From: Eledone cirrhosa
Taxonomy: Eukaryota
Length of the DNA: 64,000 nucleotides
Assembly (NCBI GenBank): GCA_964016885.1
Contig: OZ024740.1
Location: 205,282,001-205,346,000 of the forward strand
Direction: 5' to 3'
Shown here: one piece after another, positions 38,795-54,229 of the stretch
Position numbering within the stretch: the stretch's first letter is position 1
Layout: every line of letters begins with the position of its first letter
Notes under the pieces: model-generated
The model's database searches: none
What the model was told of the DNA's origin: nothing
Seen by the model: the letters and a program-made list of their open reading frames with translations, nothing else
Program-made: the position numbers and the translations under genes

Positions 38795-39478
38795 CATGAT
38801 GACTGCTTCATCTTTCCAAATGATTTCCGTCTCCCTGTGAACCCTTAATACCATCATCACCACCAACCATCCGTTTGCGAACTCTTAGATGCATTTCCAG
38901 TCCAGCTGCGGACTTGCATCATTGAAAGACAAAATATGTGCCCTTCACTGGATTGATTGGGTTAGTTTGTGGGATGTCAGCTTTATGTACTCTCATATGA
39001 CTTTTGAGACCAGAAATTGATTTGCAGACTTTTGTGCACATCATACAGGTTGTCTCACCTGGTCTTGGAGGAAGAGTGTTGCGAGCAATTGGGCTTTATT
39101 GTGATTTTAAATGTGATATACCGAAATTTAGAAAGCAGTATACAACCATATACTTCACATCTCCAGCTCCCCATGTTTTCACCGAGGTTCTTATTGTTGC
39201 CTATACGAAGCTGACGCTTAAGCCATTCGTGTTCAAGATGTTCCTCTTCAAACATTCTGTAGCCTTCCGTCACATGTCTCCTCCAGTCAGCTCTCTCTAA
39301 AGCCAGCACTTCTCAGCTTTGAACGCCAGCCTGGAGGTCTTTTGTATCTTTTACTTGGTTTTTGCCGATGGCGTTTCCCGGTGTATAACTGACTATAAAA
39401 TAGTTGCTATGGGAGTCTATCATCAGTCATACGTACAACACGGCCTGCTCAAAACATCTGAGAGGATAGATTCGATGC
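38795..39478 (-). mobile_element. RTE LINE 3' fragment
   Basis: LERADWR and CMMCTKVCKSISGLKSH motifs. Ends gcagtcatcatg(tatg)n. Confidence 0.75.
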
Positions 39479-39692
39479 TTGTATGTATGTATGTATGTAT
39501 TTGTATGTGGCGGTGTTGACCAATGAAAACAAAAGGCGAAGTTTAGTCGTTAATTAGTTCAGTGTCTTACGATCGTTTCAGAAGGTTGATTTATCATAAC
39601 TCGATATAGTGACTAATCGATAGTAGTTATGTAACTCCATATTGTTAGTCTCAATACTATAGATCCATTACAGCGTCTTCGTCTCTCACTTT

Positions 39693-39802
<110 letters not shown>

Positions 39803-39844
39803 GGGGAGAGAGTGTGTGTGTGTGTCTGTGCGTGTGTGTGTGTA

Positions 39845-39884
<40 letters not shown>

Positions 39885-39891
<7 letters not shown>

Positions 39892-41011
39892 ATTTACATA
39901 CACACAAACTAGACAAAGTCATAGATATAGATATATATGTTTTTGGCAACCATTCACGATGTGGCTCAATGATGAATTAATTAATCAAATAATCAGAGCA
40001 ATATACTATAAAGTATGTCCATAGAATCCTGGTATGTTTATATACATTTTTTTCTTCTAACTTTAATTTTATACCTAATTGTGTATGGTTGACGATATAT
40101 TTAATCGATTTCCACGTGCTATTGAAATGCTGGGTAAATATTCTATAGCTGTTGATCGCGAATAGATGGCTATAGTTTATTTATCTATTATTTCTTCATA
40201 GGTGCCTTTTAATCTTATAGCTTGGTTTAATTGTTTTTTTTTGTGTGGTTGATTATGCTGATTGGGAGAGGAAATGGTGTATATATCTTATCAAATGATT
40301 CTATGGACATACTTTATAGTATATTGCTCTGATTATTTGATTAATTAATTCATCATTGAGCCACATCGTGAATGGTTGCCAAAAACATATATATCTATAT
40401 CTATGACTTTGTCTAGTTTGTGTGTATGTAAATCTTTATATTTGATAATCTCCCATAAGGTTGAGATGCAATTTAGGAAATATTAGGCTGCGCTTTCTAG
40501 CAACCAGCCCACTCGCCGTAAGGCACCAATCACATTCTTTCTGACTTGACCACTGCCATGTCACAGTTCTTAGCCATTTTGAATTCGTTTCTGGCGGCGA
40601 TCATTTAAGAAAAATCTTCGTCCAAGTGAGTTTGTTTCCTGATGATTTCGAAGCTCGAGAATTTATCCTTGATCGGATATTTCCAAAATGGAATGAAACT
40701 CTAAGGGGTAGAAACGTAATCCTGGTATGTTTATATACATTTTTTCTTCTAACTTTAATTTTATACCTAATTGTGTATGGTTGACGATATATTTAATCGA
40801 TTTCCACGTGCTATTGAAATGCTGGGTAAATATTCTATAGCTGTTGATCGTGAATAGATGGCTATAGTTTATTTATCTATTATTTCTTCATAGGTGCCTT
40901 TTAATCTTATAGCTTGGTTTAATTGTTTTTTTTTTGTGTGGTTGATTATGCTGATTGGGAGAGGAAATGGTGTATATATTTTATCAAATGATTCTATGGA
41001 CATACTTTATA

Positions 41012-41017
<6 letters not shown>
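39885..41017 (+). mobile_element. Non-coding PLE pLTR / retrozyme-like insert
   Basis: Direct repeat 40025-40324 = 40718-41017, inverted arm 39885-40028 pairing with 40297-40440, and a hammerhead at the unit junction. Lies within (TA)n. Confidence 0.8.
40634..40715 (+). ncRNA. Type I hammerhead ribozyme with extended stem II
   Basis: gtttc-CTGATGA-tttc...gaat-GAAAC-tctaaggg-GTA-gaaac. Stem I is gtttc/gaaac. Confidence 0.72.
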
Positions 41018-41052
<35 letters not shown>

Positions 41053-41093
41053 CGAAACATAAGTCAATTCCTAGAACTCATAATCCTTTATTT

Positions 41094-41149
41094 ACTGCTA
41101 CATATATTTCGATGATAGCCATTGAATGGCTATGACCTCATCAGGCAGT
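41094..41149 (-). ncRNA. Type I hammerhead ribozyme
   Basis: actgc-CTGATGA-ggtc-atagccatt-c-aatggctat-catc-GAAA-tatatg-TA-gcagt. Confidence 0.8.
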
Positions 41150-41208
41150 TAGTCAGTTCTTAGATATGCCAGCTCTGTGTGTATAGTGTTGATGGTATCA
41201 GAGCCTTG

Positions 41209-41263
<55 letters not shown>

Positions 41264-41266
41264 TAT

Positions 41267-41624
<358 letters not shown>

Positions 41625-41701
41625 AACGTTGACAACAATAATAAGGCAAATCACCAGACTATTAATTATAATAAGAATAAACAATTTAACTTAAACTCTA
41701 A

Positions 41702-42451
41702 ACAAACAAAAGAACTAGAACTAGAAATATTATTTGGTACTCACCCCCATTCCCATTAAGCGTTAAAACACCTTTAGCAAAGCTATTCTTTAAAGCACTA
41801 GACAAATGTTTTCCTAAAACCCACAGATACCACTCAATCTTTAACAGACATACTATAACACTATCCTACTCTACTACTATGAACATAGCACAAAATATAA
41901 ATATAATTAATAATAGAAACTTAAATTTAAACCTTAACCAAAATAACCATAATAGTAATAATAATAATATTTCTAGCAATATCCAGTATAATAGTACCGT
42001 TCTGAGCAACAACAACTCCGTAAAATGTAACTGTAGAATCAAATCAAACTGTCCTTTACAAAATAAGTTAGATAAAAACATAGTTTATAAATGTACAGTT
42101 AAAACTAGTGATAATATATTCAACTATGTCGGTGACACTTCTACAGAATTTAAACTTCGCTTGAATAACCACAATTGTTCTTTTAGAAGATCTGACAAAA
42201 AATATTCTACTACCCTCTCACACCTTATATGGAATTTAAAAAGCAGGAATATAGATTATTTATTATCTTGGAAAACAATTTCAAAAGCACCTACTTACCG
42301 AAACACGACCTTATCAAGATTCTATAAATTATGTATTGAAGAAATTTTTTATATAATTAATTGTAAAAACTCTATTAATCTTAGAACAGAAATATTTATT
42401 TGTTGCAAACATCGCCAAAATTCTACATTCAGAACTATATGTAACTTATAA
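41702..42451 (+). CDS. Naiad-like PLE RT-thumb/GIY-YIG fragment
   Basis: In frame upstream of the ORF-track start: RTRNIIWYSPPF..CFPKTHRYHSIFNRHTITLSYS, then CNCR..CPL..IVYKC..YVGDT..FKLRLNNH. Confidence 0.82.
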   Translation, partial: TNKRTRTRNIIWYSPPFPLSVKTPLAKLFFKALDKCFPKTHRYHSIFNRHTITLSYSTTMNIAQNINIINNRNLNLNLNQNNHNSNNNNISSNIQYNSTVLSNNNSVKCNCRIKSNCPLQNKLDKNIVYKCTVKTSDNIFNYVGDTSTEFKLRLNNHNCSFRRSDKKYSTTLSHLIWNLKSRNIDYLLSWKTISKAPTYRNTTLSRFYKLCIEEIFYIINCKNSINLRTEIFICCKHRQNSTFRTICNL

Positions 42452-43740
42452 CATGCTTATAATATTCCTATTAATCTCCAAAATGATCTTATCTGCTCTA
42501 ACATTTTATATTTTTAATACTTTAATATATTAATATCTCTAAATCATAATATCTTAAAAATTTCTTATAATATATATATATACGTGTGTATGTATAGATA
42601 TTTATATATATTTATGTACTTCTACATTATGTACTTCTATATAATTCTAATTTTAATTTTAATTTTAATTCTTTTAAATTCTTTAATTCTTTTTTCTTAA
42701 TTTTTTATTTTTCTAATGACACCCTATAAAGCTAATTTTTAAATGTAGATTAATAACCATTAACTGTTTTTAGTAAAATATATCCTATTCAGGATGGTGT
42801 TTAATTATTCATATTTCTTTAGAATAAATAATTAATCCCACACTAGCGATTAATAAAATATTGGAGTTATCTTTCCTTCTTTCAATCATAAAAACTTTTT
42901 ATACATAACTCCATTAATTTAACCTTATAAATTGTAACTATATTTACATAAAATCAACATCCCTAGTAACTTATATTAGAAAACACACCTATTTATTTTA
43001 TTTATTTATAAATCAACATCCCTTGTAACTCATATTATAAACAAACTATCCTTTAAAAAAAAACACCTATGCTATTATTAAAATAGATATTTATATATTA
43101 TTATAATAAGATAAATAATTCTCCATATAAATATAGATAAATGTCTGAATATATTTTCCCTAAATTAACGTTCAAGTGGTCTTCCTTTTCCTTCTTCTTT
43201 AACAATTTTAGTTTGATAATTTATATAGCTTCGTTAAATTAACAATATTCTGAGACCATTCTCAATGTTGAACATTTTTGAATCCACAAATTATTCTAAT
43301 CTCACAACTTGAAAATAAAAATTTTCAACATTCTTCGTAACTCATATTTGTTTATATAAACAATCAATGCATACGGAACTTATTAATATATATAGAGATA
43401 TTTATATACATATAACCTATCCTAATAAGATAAAAATACTTACAACCATAATTCTTCATATAATTTTATAACTCATAATATAGATAACAAAAATCTTTTC
43501 CCCCAAATTAACGTTATTCTTTTCTCTTTCTCTTCCTTCCTTATCATACATATTTAAATTTTCTATAGTGTCTAAAATAACGTTTTTTCAGCCCTTTAAT
43601 ATACACATCATTTGCATACTCATATTAATAATTTTAAATATCTGACTTTTCTCCTCTCTTCCCTTCACTTTCCAGGGATAACTTGAACCGTTAAGGTATA
43701 TCATCCTTGGTCATGTCAAATATATATAAAACATTTTGTA

Positions 43741-43798
43741 TTTTATCTGATGATAGCGTACCAAAATTTTTGGTACCCTTGAAATATATATAATAGAA
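43741..43798 (+). ncRNA. Type I hammerhead ribozyme
   Basis: ttttat-CTGATGA-tagc-gtaccaaaa-t-ttttggtac-cctt-GAAA-tatata-TA-atagaa. Confidence 0.75.
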
Positions 43799-43839
43799 TA
43801 AATATAGTTTTACAAATATAGTTTCCATTTATTTAATAT

Positions 43840-43902
<63 letters not shown>

Positions 43903-43904
43903 TA

Positions 43905-44174
<270 letters not shown>

Positions 44175-44583
44175 AATAAAATAACAAGGACGATTGGTTA
44201 CTCCTTCATTACGTTTATTGGTTGGTTCCATATCGCCCCAGTACTTATTTTATCGATCTCTATTTGTCGAACAGCTAATTTACAAGACGTATAGACACAG
44301 ACACAGGCACAGGCAAACCATAAACACGAACACGTCACATGCCCATGCATACACACTCACATATGTCTATACGACAGGCTTCTGCAGTTTCTGCCTACCA
44401 AATTTCACTCACGAGGCATTGGTAGAAGACACTTGCCCGAGGTGTCATCAAGCAGTGGAAACGAACACGAAACTATGTAGTTGAGAAACGAACTCTTTAA
44501 CCTCACAGCTATGTCTGCACCTTTGAGTTACAATTATTCATCTTCTTCGGTTTAAACTTCGTCATAAACATTGCCTCTAGGTA

Positions 44584-45180
44584 TCTAAACTATAAAGTAA
44601 GAAGCGCGGGACTGCGTACGGTTTATAATTTTTTATCCCATTAGTAAAATAAGTTGGATTACTTTGAATAAATAATTGTTTCTACTTTTGGCACAAGGCC
44701 AGCAATTACCCATACATTACTGGTACTTTATTTTATCGACCCCGTAACGATGAAAGGCAAAGTTGACCTCGGCGGGATTTGAACTCAGAACTTTGAATAA
44801 ATAATGAATGAATATTACACATTACATAATTTATCTACTAAATTTCATTTTATTATTTATTTAAAGATTCACTTCTTTAAAATTTTCAAATGTCAACACT
44901 TCCGGTGGCGATCGCTTAAATAAATACAATAATTTACTGTCACTAATTTTCTCCTAATGCAGTTTATATATAATATCGTCTTTTTTTTTAATGTATCATG
45001 GATTACGTTACTGATTACATAAGACAATGTAACTCTGTCTTCGTTCAATTTCTGTGTATATTGTTAATTACAATTTTATTTGATGTATCATATCTACATG
45101 CATATATACCTGCGTATAATATCAATATACACACTACACATGTTAGCAGAAAACCACCCGAAAGGTGGTTTTTCTGCTAG
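44584..45180 (+). mobile_element. Non-autonomous Helitron
   Basis: A|TC start, terminal hairpin agcagaaaaccacc-cgaaa-ggtggtttttctgct, CTAG|T end, no TSD. Confidence 0.85.
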
Positions 45181-45494
45181 TGAATTTAATTTTTCGCTGT
45201 ACTAAACAATACGCAGAGGGGTTAAAGAGTTCACTTCGTAATCATAAGGTTTCAGGTTCGATCCCAGTAGATGTCACCTTGGACAAATTTTATTTACCAT
45301 AGCCTGGGATCGACCTAAGGCTTGAGAATTAAATTGGGTAGACGGAAACTTGTTGGAAGTCCGTTGGATCGACTTTACCTGTAATCCAAAGACACAGCAT
45401 TGTCACAGTCTCTCAAGTCGAACCGGCCTAATTTGATTTATGAATTAATTTAGGGGTACACGTATCTGTGAAAAGTTACGTTATTATCAAGAGC

Positions 45495-45715
45495 TAGAAG
45501 GCAGCCAATTGGCAGAGTTGTTAGAACGTTGGAGAGCTTTGAAGTATTCGTTTCGGCTCTCTACTCTCAGAGTTCAAATCCCGCCTAGGTTATATTTGCT
45601 TTCCATCCTTACGGGGTCGATAAAATAAAGTACCAGTCACGCATTGGGTCGATTTAATCGACTTCCCTCTCCCCCAAAATTGCTGGCTTTGTGCCTATAT
45701 AAGAAACCATTATTA
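45495..45715 (+). mobile_element. tRNA-derived SINE
   Basis: ttggcagagttgttagaac...gttcaaatcc head and gctttccatccttacggggtcgataaaataaagtaccag core. Confidence 0.75.
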
Positions 45716-46214
45716 TCACGAGCTAGGTGTTCTTGTATGTGAACAACTGGAACACTCCTGGTCAAACACACACACACACACACACACACGCTTATGCTGA
45801 CCCTCACATTCGTCGGATTCCTACATTGGAATTTCCCCCTGGAACCGGACTCTACTTGAACTTCCATATGGATATCTTTCGGATCACTCGATTTTCAGAT
45901 TGTTTTTAACTTTATACCAATATACCACGACTCACTACCACTTTTCCTCCACTATTACAACTACTCCCTTCTCATCATCTCCAATATTTTTTTCTCGATT
46001 TTGTCACTGCTCACTCTCCTCTATCTTTCTGTTTCTTCTTTAATTTCTCATTCTATTTTCTGATGAAGGACTAGCGTTCGAAACGATAAGGCTCTTTACC
46101 TACTATATCAAGCGTAAAATTAATGATATATTTTTTCATTATACGGTGTCGTTTGCTTTGAATTTCTGTTTGCCTTTTGCACATACACATATATATTTAT
46201 ATATATATATATAC

Positions 46215-46247
<33 letters not shown>

Positions 46248-46324
46248 ACGAAGGAAATGTGGTAAGGAACCAAGTGAACCATAACGCACCAAAGTACTCA
46301 ATACTTAGGGTAGTAGAGTGGGTA

Positions 46325-46446
46325 ATAGGAACAAGTAAGACCCCGACGGCTGAGCTCAAGCTCAAGCCGTTTCGACGGCTAATTCAGTCCAGAATTAGCC
46401 GTCGAAATGGGTTGAGCTCAGCCGTCGGGGTCTTACTTGTTCCTAT
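46325..46446. repeat. Fold-back hairpin abutting (TA)n
   Basis: ataggaacaagtaagaccccgacggctgagctcaa pairs with its reverse complement, plus an inner stem. A related sequence occurs at about 29805-29830. Confidence 0.85.
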
Positions 46447-46563
46447 ATATATATATATATAAATACATTGAGTGCAAGCGAAAGGAAATATATATACAGG
46501 GTGTCTCAAAAAGATGTATGTACACATTGATTACCTGCACAGGCAATATTTATTAGAATGTTG

Positions 46564-46645
<82 letters not shown>

Positions 46646-46723
46646 GTATATATATAAATGTATATATATATATACACACACACGTATGTACATACAGAAA
46701 GTCTATAAAGAGTGGGAAAAAAC

Positions 46724-46937
46724 TTCAAAGTGCGCTTTTGCATAAGTTAACGACTCATGCATTGTAATTATAAAATAGTTGTAAATAAAACTGGAATAAA
46801 ACCAATTGAGGCGGGAATAAGGGGATAATCATCTTTTTCCGCCTCAAGTGGTTATATCTCAGCTTTTTTGACAACTATTTTATGGTTATAATTCATGGAT
46901 CGTGGTTCTTGACTTTATAGCAAAATCACAATTTGAA
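46724..46937. mobile_element. Imperfect about 215-bp palindrome (MITE-like)
   Basis: ataaaatagttgt/acaactattttat and ttgaggcgg/ccgcctcaa are symmetric about position 46830. Confidence 0.6.
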
Positions 46938-47091
46938 ATGTTTATATATATATATATATATATTCTTGGGTTTGTGTCTTAATGATACAGACTTAATTAT
47001 ATTGTAGAGTGAGCGAGAAAACGACTGAAGCTGTGTTGGTCCTATTCGATAGGTTCGTTTCATTATATCTATCTATCTATTGTTTCATAAT

Positions 47092-47173
<82 letters not shown>

Positions 47174-47982
47174 ACGTATATATATATATATATAGTTAGA
47201 TACACAGTGAGAGATAGAGAGAGATAGCGATATATATATATAGTGCTTTTCAACCCATTTATTGAATTAAAAACCGGATATAAATGTTGCGAAATTAGAT
47301 TTCCTATTTTTCTGAACGCAACTGTTGATGGTGGCTTTCCAATTGTACAAGATGAAGTAGCGGATTGTGTTTATTTCATGACTACATGAACTATATAAAC
47401 TGTTCGCTCCAGTACCGGATTAAATTGACTAGGGGCCTCACAGCCCTTGCTTGCAATAAACGTAATGAAAATTATAAGTACACGAATATAAGCCTACACA
47501 TAGAACGATGTTGAGACTTGAATATTGATCCATGCAACCTCTGAAACAGAGATGACATCCAAAGAAAAGAAACCATTACATCATTCTAAATTTTAATCTA
47601 TTTGATTGCTTCAGGAAAGCCGTTACAATGCGAATTAGAAATGCAAGAGTGAAAAATAAAGTAGAATAAAATAAGGAAGACAAGGCTAGACAACATTTAA
47701 CATTTTTTACATTATATTTCATATTTCAGAGTTTGGACCACTTTTTCAAAAGAAAGGAAATGGAGTGGTGTTAGTACCGAACGGCGTTCTATTAAAGTGT
47801 TGACAAAAACGTCAAGTTTCATAGCTATACTTTAATATATATTTAAAACTGAACGGGATTTCCTAGACTATAAGGCCCTTGGCTGTAACTACATAGTCCA
47901 AATGGAAAACTTATATTGGCAATTCGTTTGTCTTCGTGAAGTTTGTATGTTGTAAGACATTTTGTTCAGATCTTATTAATAC

Positions 47983-48053
<71 letters not shown>

Positions 48054-48061
48054 GTGAGAGA

Positions 48062-48105
<44 letters not shown>

Positions 48106-48196
48106 GATAGAAATATAATGGTTACGTCAGAAATTGGCTTAAAGTGTCTTCTCTTAATTCCAAGTAACAATGGCCAATGAAACCAACTTTTTAGTA

Positions 48197-48635
48197 CAGG
48201 GCTTCACAAATGTTTTACTTGAGAGACCCATTGTAATAAAATGCAATTTCTATTCATCCCAAAACATTTTAACTGAATATAAAATTACAAAACATAATTT
48301 ACCAATGTTTAATACAACTTACATGAGAAAAGAATCAGTAAACTATAAATGTACCTTTAATGCTTTAAAGTCAAATCGTTTGTTCATTTAAATTACTTGT
48401 TCATATAGAATGGTCCATTAGTAAATGACATATCACTAATGACCATCACAACCAATCAGGTATTCTGTTAGGTGTAAAATATCTGACAGCTGTTCTACAT
48501 GATCCAGTCACTGTTGTCCTGCTATAAAGAGAGTGATAATGGAAAACTAGTAAATTCATCCCATGCGGGCTCCTAAACTTTTATTTTCCACTGCCAAAAT
48601 TTGTATTCATTCATAGGGGTCTTTGAGACGCCCTG
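48197..48635. mobile_element. Possible hAT-type non-autonomous element
   Basis: cagggcttcacaaa ... tttgagacgccctg TIR-like ends. The 8-bp flanks match only partially. Confidence 0.4.
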
Positions 48636-48819
48636 ATTTACTGTGTGTTTTGTGCAATAAATAATATTTCGTAACGCGTGATCAAAATATGGCTCACGCG
48701 TGAAACAGCAAATTTTCACAAGAAAAACATTTTAGCCACACTGGCGGTACTTAACGCAATTAGAAAAATAGAATATTAAACGTTGTGATATACAATTTCA
48801 TGAGTTGTTTGATATATAT

Positions 48820-48874
<55 letters not shown>

Positions 48875-49202
48875 GTTCAGGGGGAAAAGCACAAACAAGG
48901 GTAGAACCCAGACTCACTCATCTGAATCCGGAGACCTTGCGAGTTAGCGAAACCAAAGAGAGAGCTCCACATTGGGGTTTTACTATAATATATATAGTCA
49001 AAATCTTTTCCTGAGTTCAGTTTTTTTCGTTGCTATGGCAATGCGGCTGGACTGTCGGTCGCTATATTTGATTTGCAAAGCTGTCTAAACGTATTGTTAT
49101 AACTCTGGGGTATTATTCTCCATCGAGTGCTAAACTGCATTCCGAATTTGCATTCGTTAGCTTAGCCGCAGCCAAAAGCTTCGTTAATGCTCTACTAAAG
49201 TT

Positions 49203-49270
<68 letters not shown>

Positions 49271-49598
49271 TATATATATTTATTTATAGTTTTGTTTTTT
49301 GACCAATCTAATTACGCTATATTTTAAATAATTTATTAAACGTTTAAACCAAACTGTAATTATTCTCCCACTCATGTAACCTCCTATGTGTTGAGTTTTT
49401 TCTAGTCATATGCTTGGTGGTCACCGATCTGTCCAGCTCGTGTGTCTACCAGCATATCATGAAAATTGATACATCTCATATGTATTTTGTCTGAAGAGGA
49501 CATGTTTTGCTTTAAATTATACATAAAACTTAACATCTTCGAAATATATATAATAAAATAAATAGAGATGATATAAAGTATATATCTTTCGTTTATTA

Positions 49599-49666
<68 letters not shown>

Positions 49667-51009
49667 ATATATAATTCATAACAATTATGAAACAATAACT
49701 GTGAAATTTCGGGTCGTTTTTTTTTTTTTGTCATTATTTTGTTCTCTTAATTCACGAAAGCTTTTTAATCCATGAAATAATATTACAAAAATAACGATGT
49801 TTCTTACCTTTAGATAAACAAAAATCCTTTACTCTCGGAGTTGTTGCAAATATACGAAAATTCAAATAAAAACCAGTTGTCTCTGCTTCCGAAAATCAAT
49901 TGTGGTTGTTTCGATCCTGATGTGAAAATGGCAGAAATTAGAGTCAAATGGTCTTTATAGGAGGTGAAACTCCCTGAGTGTAATCAAAATATTTTGAATG
50001 GCTCTAGTCAAGCGTATCGGAAAATGTTCCTCAAGGAACTCTATGAAAATATATTTTCGTACAGCTAGTTTAGGTAAAGTTCTTCTTTGGTCTTGACATC
50101 AACCTAGCGTGTTCTCATCTACTTTATCGTTATGAGAGATTAATGCGGCCAGATGTGAACTTTCCAATACGCTTAAGAGAGATTAACGGCTCTTGGCATG
50201 TTGCTATGGTGAATAAATCTGTACAGCACACATTCTAAATCTGTCTGAAAGGTTACAAAATAATTAGACACACACACATACACACACTCACATACATACA
50301 CACACACATAAACTAACACACACGTATGCCCGTAGTATGTATGTAAGTGTGTGTGTGTGTGTGTGTGTCTGTGTATAAAGACAATAACAGAATATGAGGG
50401 GGGTTGAAGGGGGAGAATATCTCCTGAGTGACTGGGGGTTACGGAATGATGCTGGTTATAACAACAACAACAACAACAACAATTAAAAAAACCCATATTT
50501 CTCATCAATCTACCCTGAGGGGATATCTTATTCCTCGACATTTATCCACAGAAGTTTCAACTCCCTTCCTCTCACCATAATACATTCACATATAAATACT
50601 TATACACACACATACACACTCACACATATACACACACATATTCACACACATATTCACACTCATGTACACTGGCACATACACATCGTATTAACCCCGTTCG
50701 GTTAGATCGCCTTAGAAATTCTTAACGTTTATATAATATATAGAAAATTTTTATTGCTAAGGTAAAAATAGCAAGCTGGCGCAATCTGCCCGGTATTACC
50801 CTTTAACGCTTTAACGATCACGTGAGAAACCAGACAAAAGCAAGTATTATGTTTGTTAGAGGACAAACAAGTGTTAAAGCAATTAGAGGACAAATAGACA
50901 TGTGATGAACTAAGTAATTACATAAAGCGTTCGTTTTGTAAAGTTGATCAACTTGCAAGTTTACTGTTTCAAATCTGTACTTGATCAATTTTCTGTTTAC
51001 CTATAAGCA

Positions 51010-51072
<63 letters not shown>

Positions 51073-51075
51073 CAT

Positions 51076-51128
<53 letters not shown>

Positions 51129-51133
51129 TACAT

Positions 51134-51282
<149 letters not shown>

Positions 51283-51322
51283 TAAATATATATATGTATA
51301 TATATATATATATATAAATATA

Positions 51323-53617
<2,295 letters not shown>

Positions 53618-53838
53618 TAGCTGGTGCCAAGCTGTATTGGCTATTGCCATTCTCTTGGACAACATCGGGGCGTGAAGAGGGGAGACTGGTATACATGGTC
53701 GACTGTTGGTCTTCCACAAAAAAACCCCCACCTTGTCTAGACTTGTATCTTGGAGGGGAAACTAAGTGCAAATCCCATGATCATTCATGATCGAAGGGGG
53801 TCTTTACTCTTTAGCGTACACACACACACAAACAGAGA

Positions 53839-53957
<119 letters not shown>

Positions 53958-54148
53958 CACATCTTAAATGGAAAAAAAATAAGCCGGCTAATTGGCAAAG
54001 TAGTTAGGCTACTTTGCGATATCAGTTCAGGTTCTCTGTAATATTGAGTTCAAAAGCCGCCGAGGTAAACTTTGCATTCCATCTTTTCGAGGTCGATAAA
54101 TGAAGTACCAGTTCAATTTTGGAACGATTCTTCCTCTATATCAATTTC

Positions 54149-54217
<69 letters not shown>

Positions 54218-54229
54218 CTAACCACATTC

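Larger units (their letters stand above)
41625..43845 (+). mobile_element. 5'-truncated Naiad-like Penelope element
   Basis: ORF remnant, about 1.3 kb AT-rich 3' region and a terminal hammerhead, ending in (TA)n. Confidence 0.7.
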
